From assembly GCF_036588685.1 (NCBI RefSeq), contig NC_086375.1, positions 44,702,001 to 44,766,000 of the forward strand: DNA of 64,000 bases, written 5' to 3'. Source of the DNA: Mytilus trossulus (taxonomy: Eukaryota). Below the pieces are notes generated by a model. That model did no database searches and was not told where the DNA came from. It saw nothing but the letters and a program-made list of their open reading frames with translations. The first letter of the stretch is position 1; each line of letters starts with the position of its first letter. The translations under genes and the position numbers were made by a program. This document shows positions 63,022-64,000 of this stretch, piece after piece.

Positions 63022-64000
63022 ATGGAGACCGATAATAACAGTCTTGAATGGAATATCCGAACTTTAATGGTGTCATTATTTCAAGCTGCTTTCAGGTAGG
63101 TACTGACTACCATTTCTATGATATATGTTCGCACTGGTTTTATATTTTAACAAATTTTATTTTCTAGACTAAATTCATTATAGAATGTAAGAACTATTGA
63201 ACATTGTCTATAACCAAATTAAAGATTATAACAATACAAGAATTGTTATTACTTCAATTAGATATACCTTTCAGGCGCGGATCCAGAAGGGGGGTCCGGA
63301 CGATCAATGCATTTGATTGGTGACATTTAGTTGGAACCCCCCCCCCCCCTTTTTGTCCGGGGTTAGGAACCCCTTTTTTAATTGTATGGATCCGCCCCTG
63401 CCTTTTGTCTAATTCTGAAAAAAATGGCATTCAGTGAGTCTGATTGCTCCGTTTGAACCTGCCCTCTTCACTATTTATGCATCTTATTGAATGTGGTCGC
63501 ATGGTTCTGAATATTCATTTGTTTCATTTTCAGCGAAATAGAAGCTAACATTATGTCTGGTGCACAAACAGTTAATCATAACGAGACAGAAATGCCATTG
63601 AAAAACAAAATAGAAGAAATAACAGTCGACGATGAATGTGCTGCTTTTTACAAATCCGTTAGAGATGCTGAATATAATAAACTCGTTGACGCATATGCCA
63701 GAGAAAATATGACCAAAGAAGAGAAGGAAAGAAATAAGATAGTAAGAGAACAAGAACAGATTATTTCAGCCAAAGAAATAACAGACGACGATGAATGTGC
63801 TGCCTTTTACAGTAGACTTGTTGATGCATATGCTAGAGAAAAGATGATCCAAGAAGAAAAGGAGAGAAATAGGATAGTAAGACAACAAGAACAGATTATT
63901 TCAGCCAAAGAAGTAACAGACGACGATGAATGTACTGCCTTTTACAAATCCGTCAGAGATGCTGAATACAGTAGACTTGTTGATGCATATGCTAGAGAAA
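63022..64000 (+). CDS. Uncharacterised protein with 53-aa charged helical tandem repeats (partial, runs off window)
   Basis: Exon 63015-63095 (ATG at 63022, METDNNSLEW...AAFS, phase 2) joins exon 63534-64000, which is open with no stop. Candidate upstream UTR-exon donors lie at 61808/9 (G|GTAAGA) and 62794/5 (G|GTAAGT). Confidence 0.75.
63272..63400. mobile_element. 129-bp MITE with 5-bp TSD (hAT5-like)
   Basis: TIR CAGG.GCGGATCCA / TGGATCCGCCCCTG; TSD CCTTT (63267-63271, 63401-63405). Confidence 0.75.

Noticed and set aside
63484-63753. 89-aa hydrophobic minus-strand ORF
   Set aside because: It is the antisense shadow of the Glu/Lys-rich repeat exon.

Overview
This is AT-rich, intron-rich eukaryotic DNA. 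The repeat families look like a bivalve, probably Mytilus; that is inferred from recall, not from a search. I assembled six spliced genes by hand using GT-AG junctions and reading phase. (1) A secreted Gly/Tyr/Lys-rich octapeptide-repeat protein (-, 3480-4844). (2) MED4 (-, 10662-16644), head-to-head with (3) EIF4E2/4EHP (+, 16772-30939). (4) WDR53 (-, 35565-36599), head-to-head with (5) AMMECR1 (+, 39426-50856). (6) The 5' part of an unrecognised protein with 53-aa tandem repeats (+, 63022 to window end). Introns and spacers are packed with transposons. These include Helentron-type HINEs, a canonical Helitron, hAT/MULE/P/Harbinger-like MITEs with readable TSDs, a SINE, Penelope and L1 remnants, a young 5'-truncated RT+RNase H LINE, and a 5.4-kb IS3EU-like element with an ACGCGT array. 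The most striking structure is an apparent composite transposon at 23207-25279: two ~99% identical MITEs bracket 742 bp of cargo and share one TSD. Most short ORFs in the supplied track are spurious.
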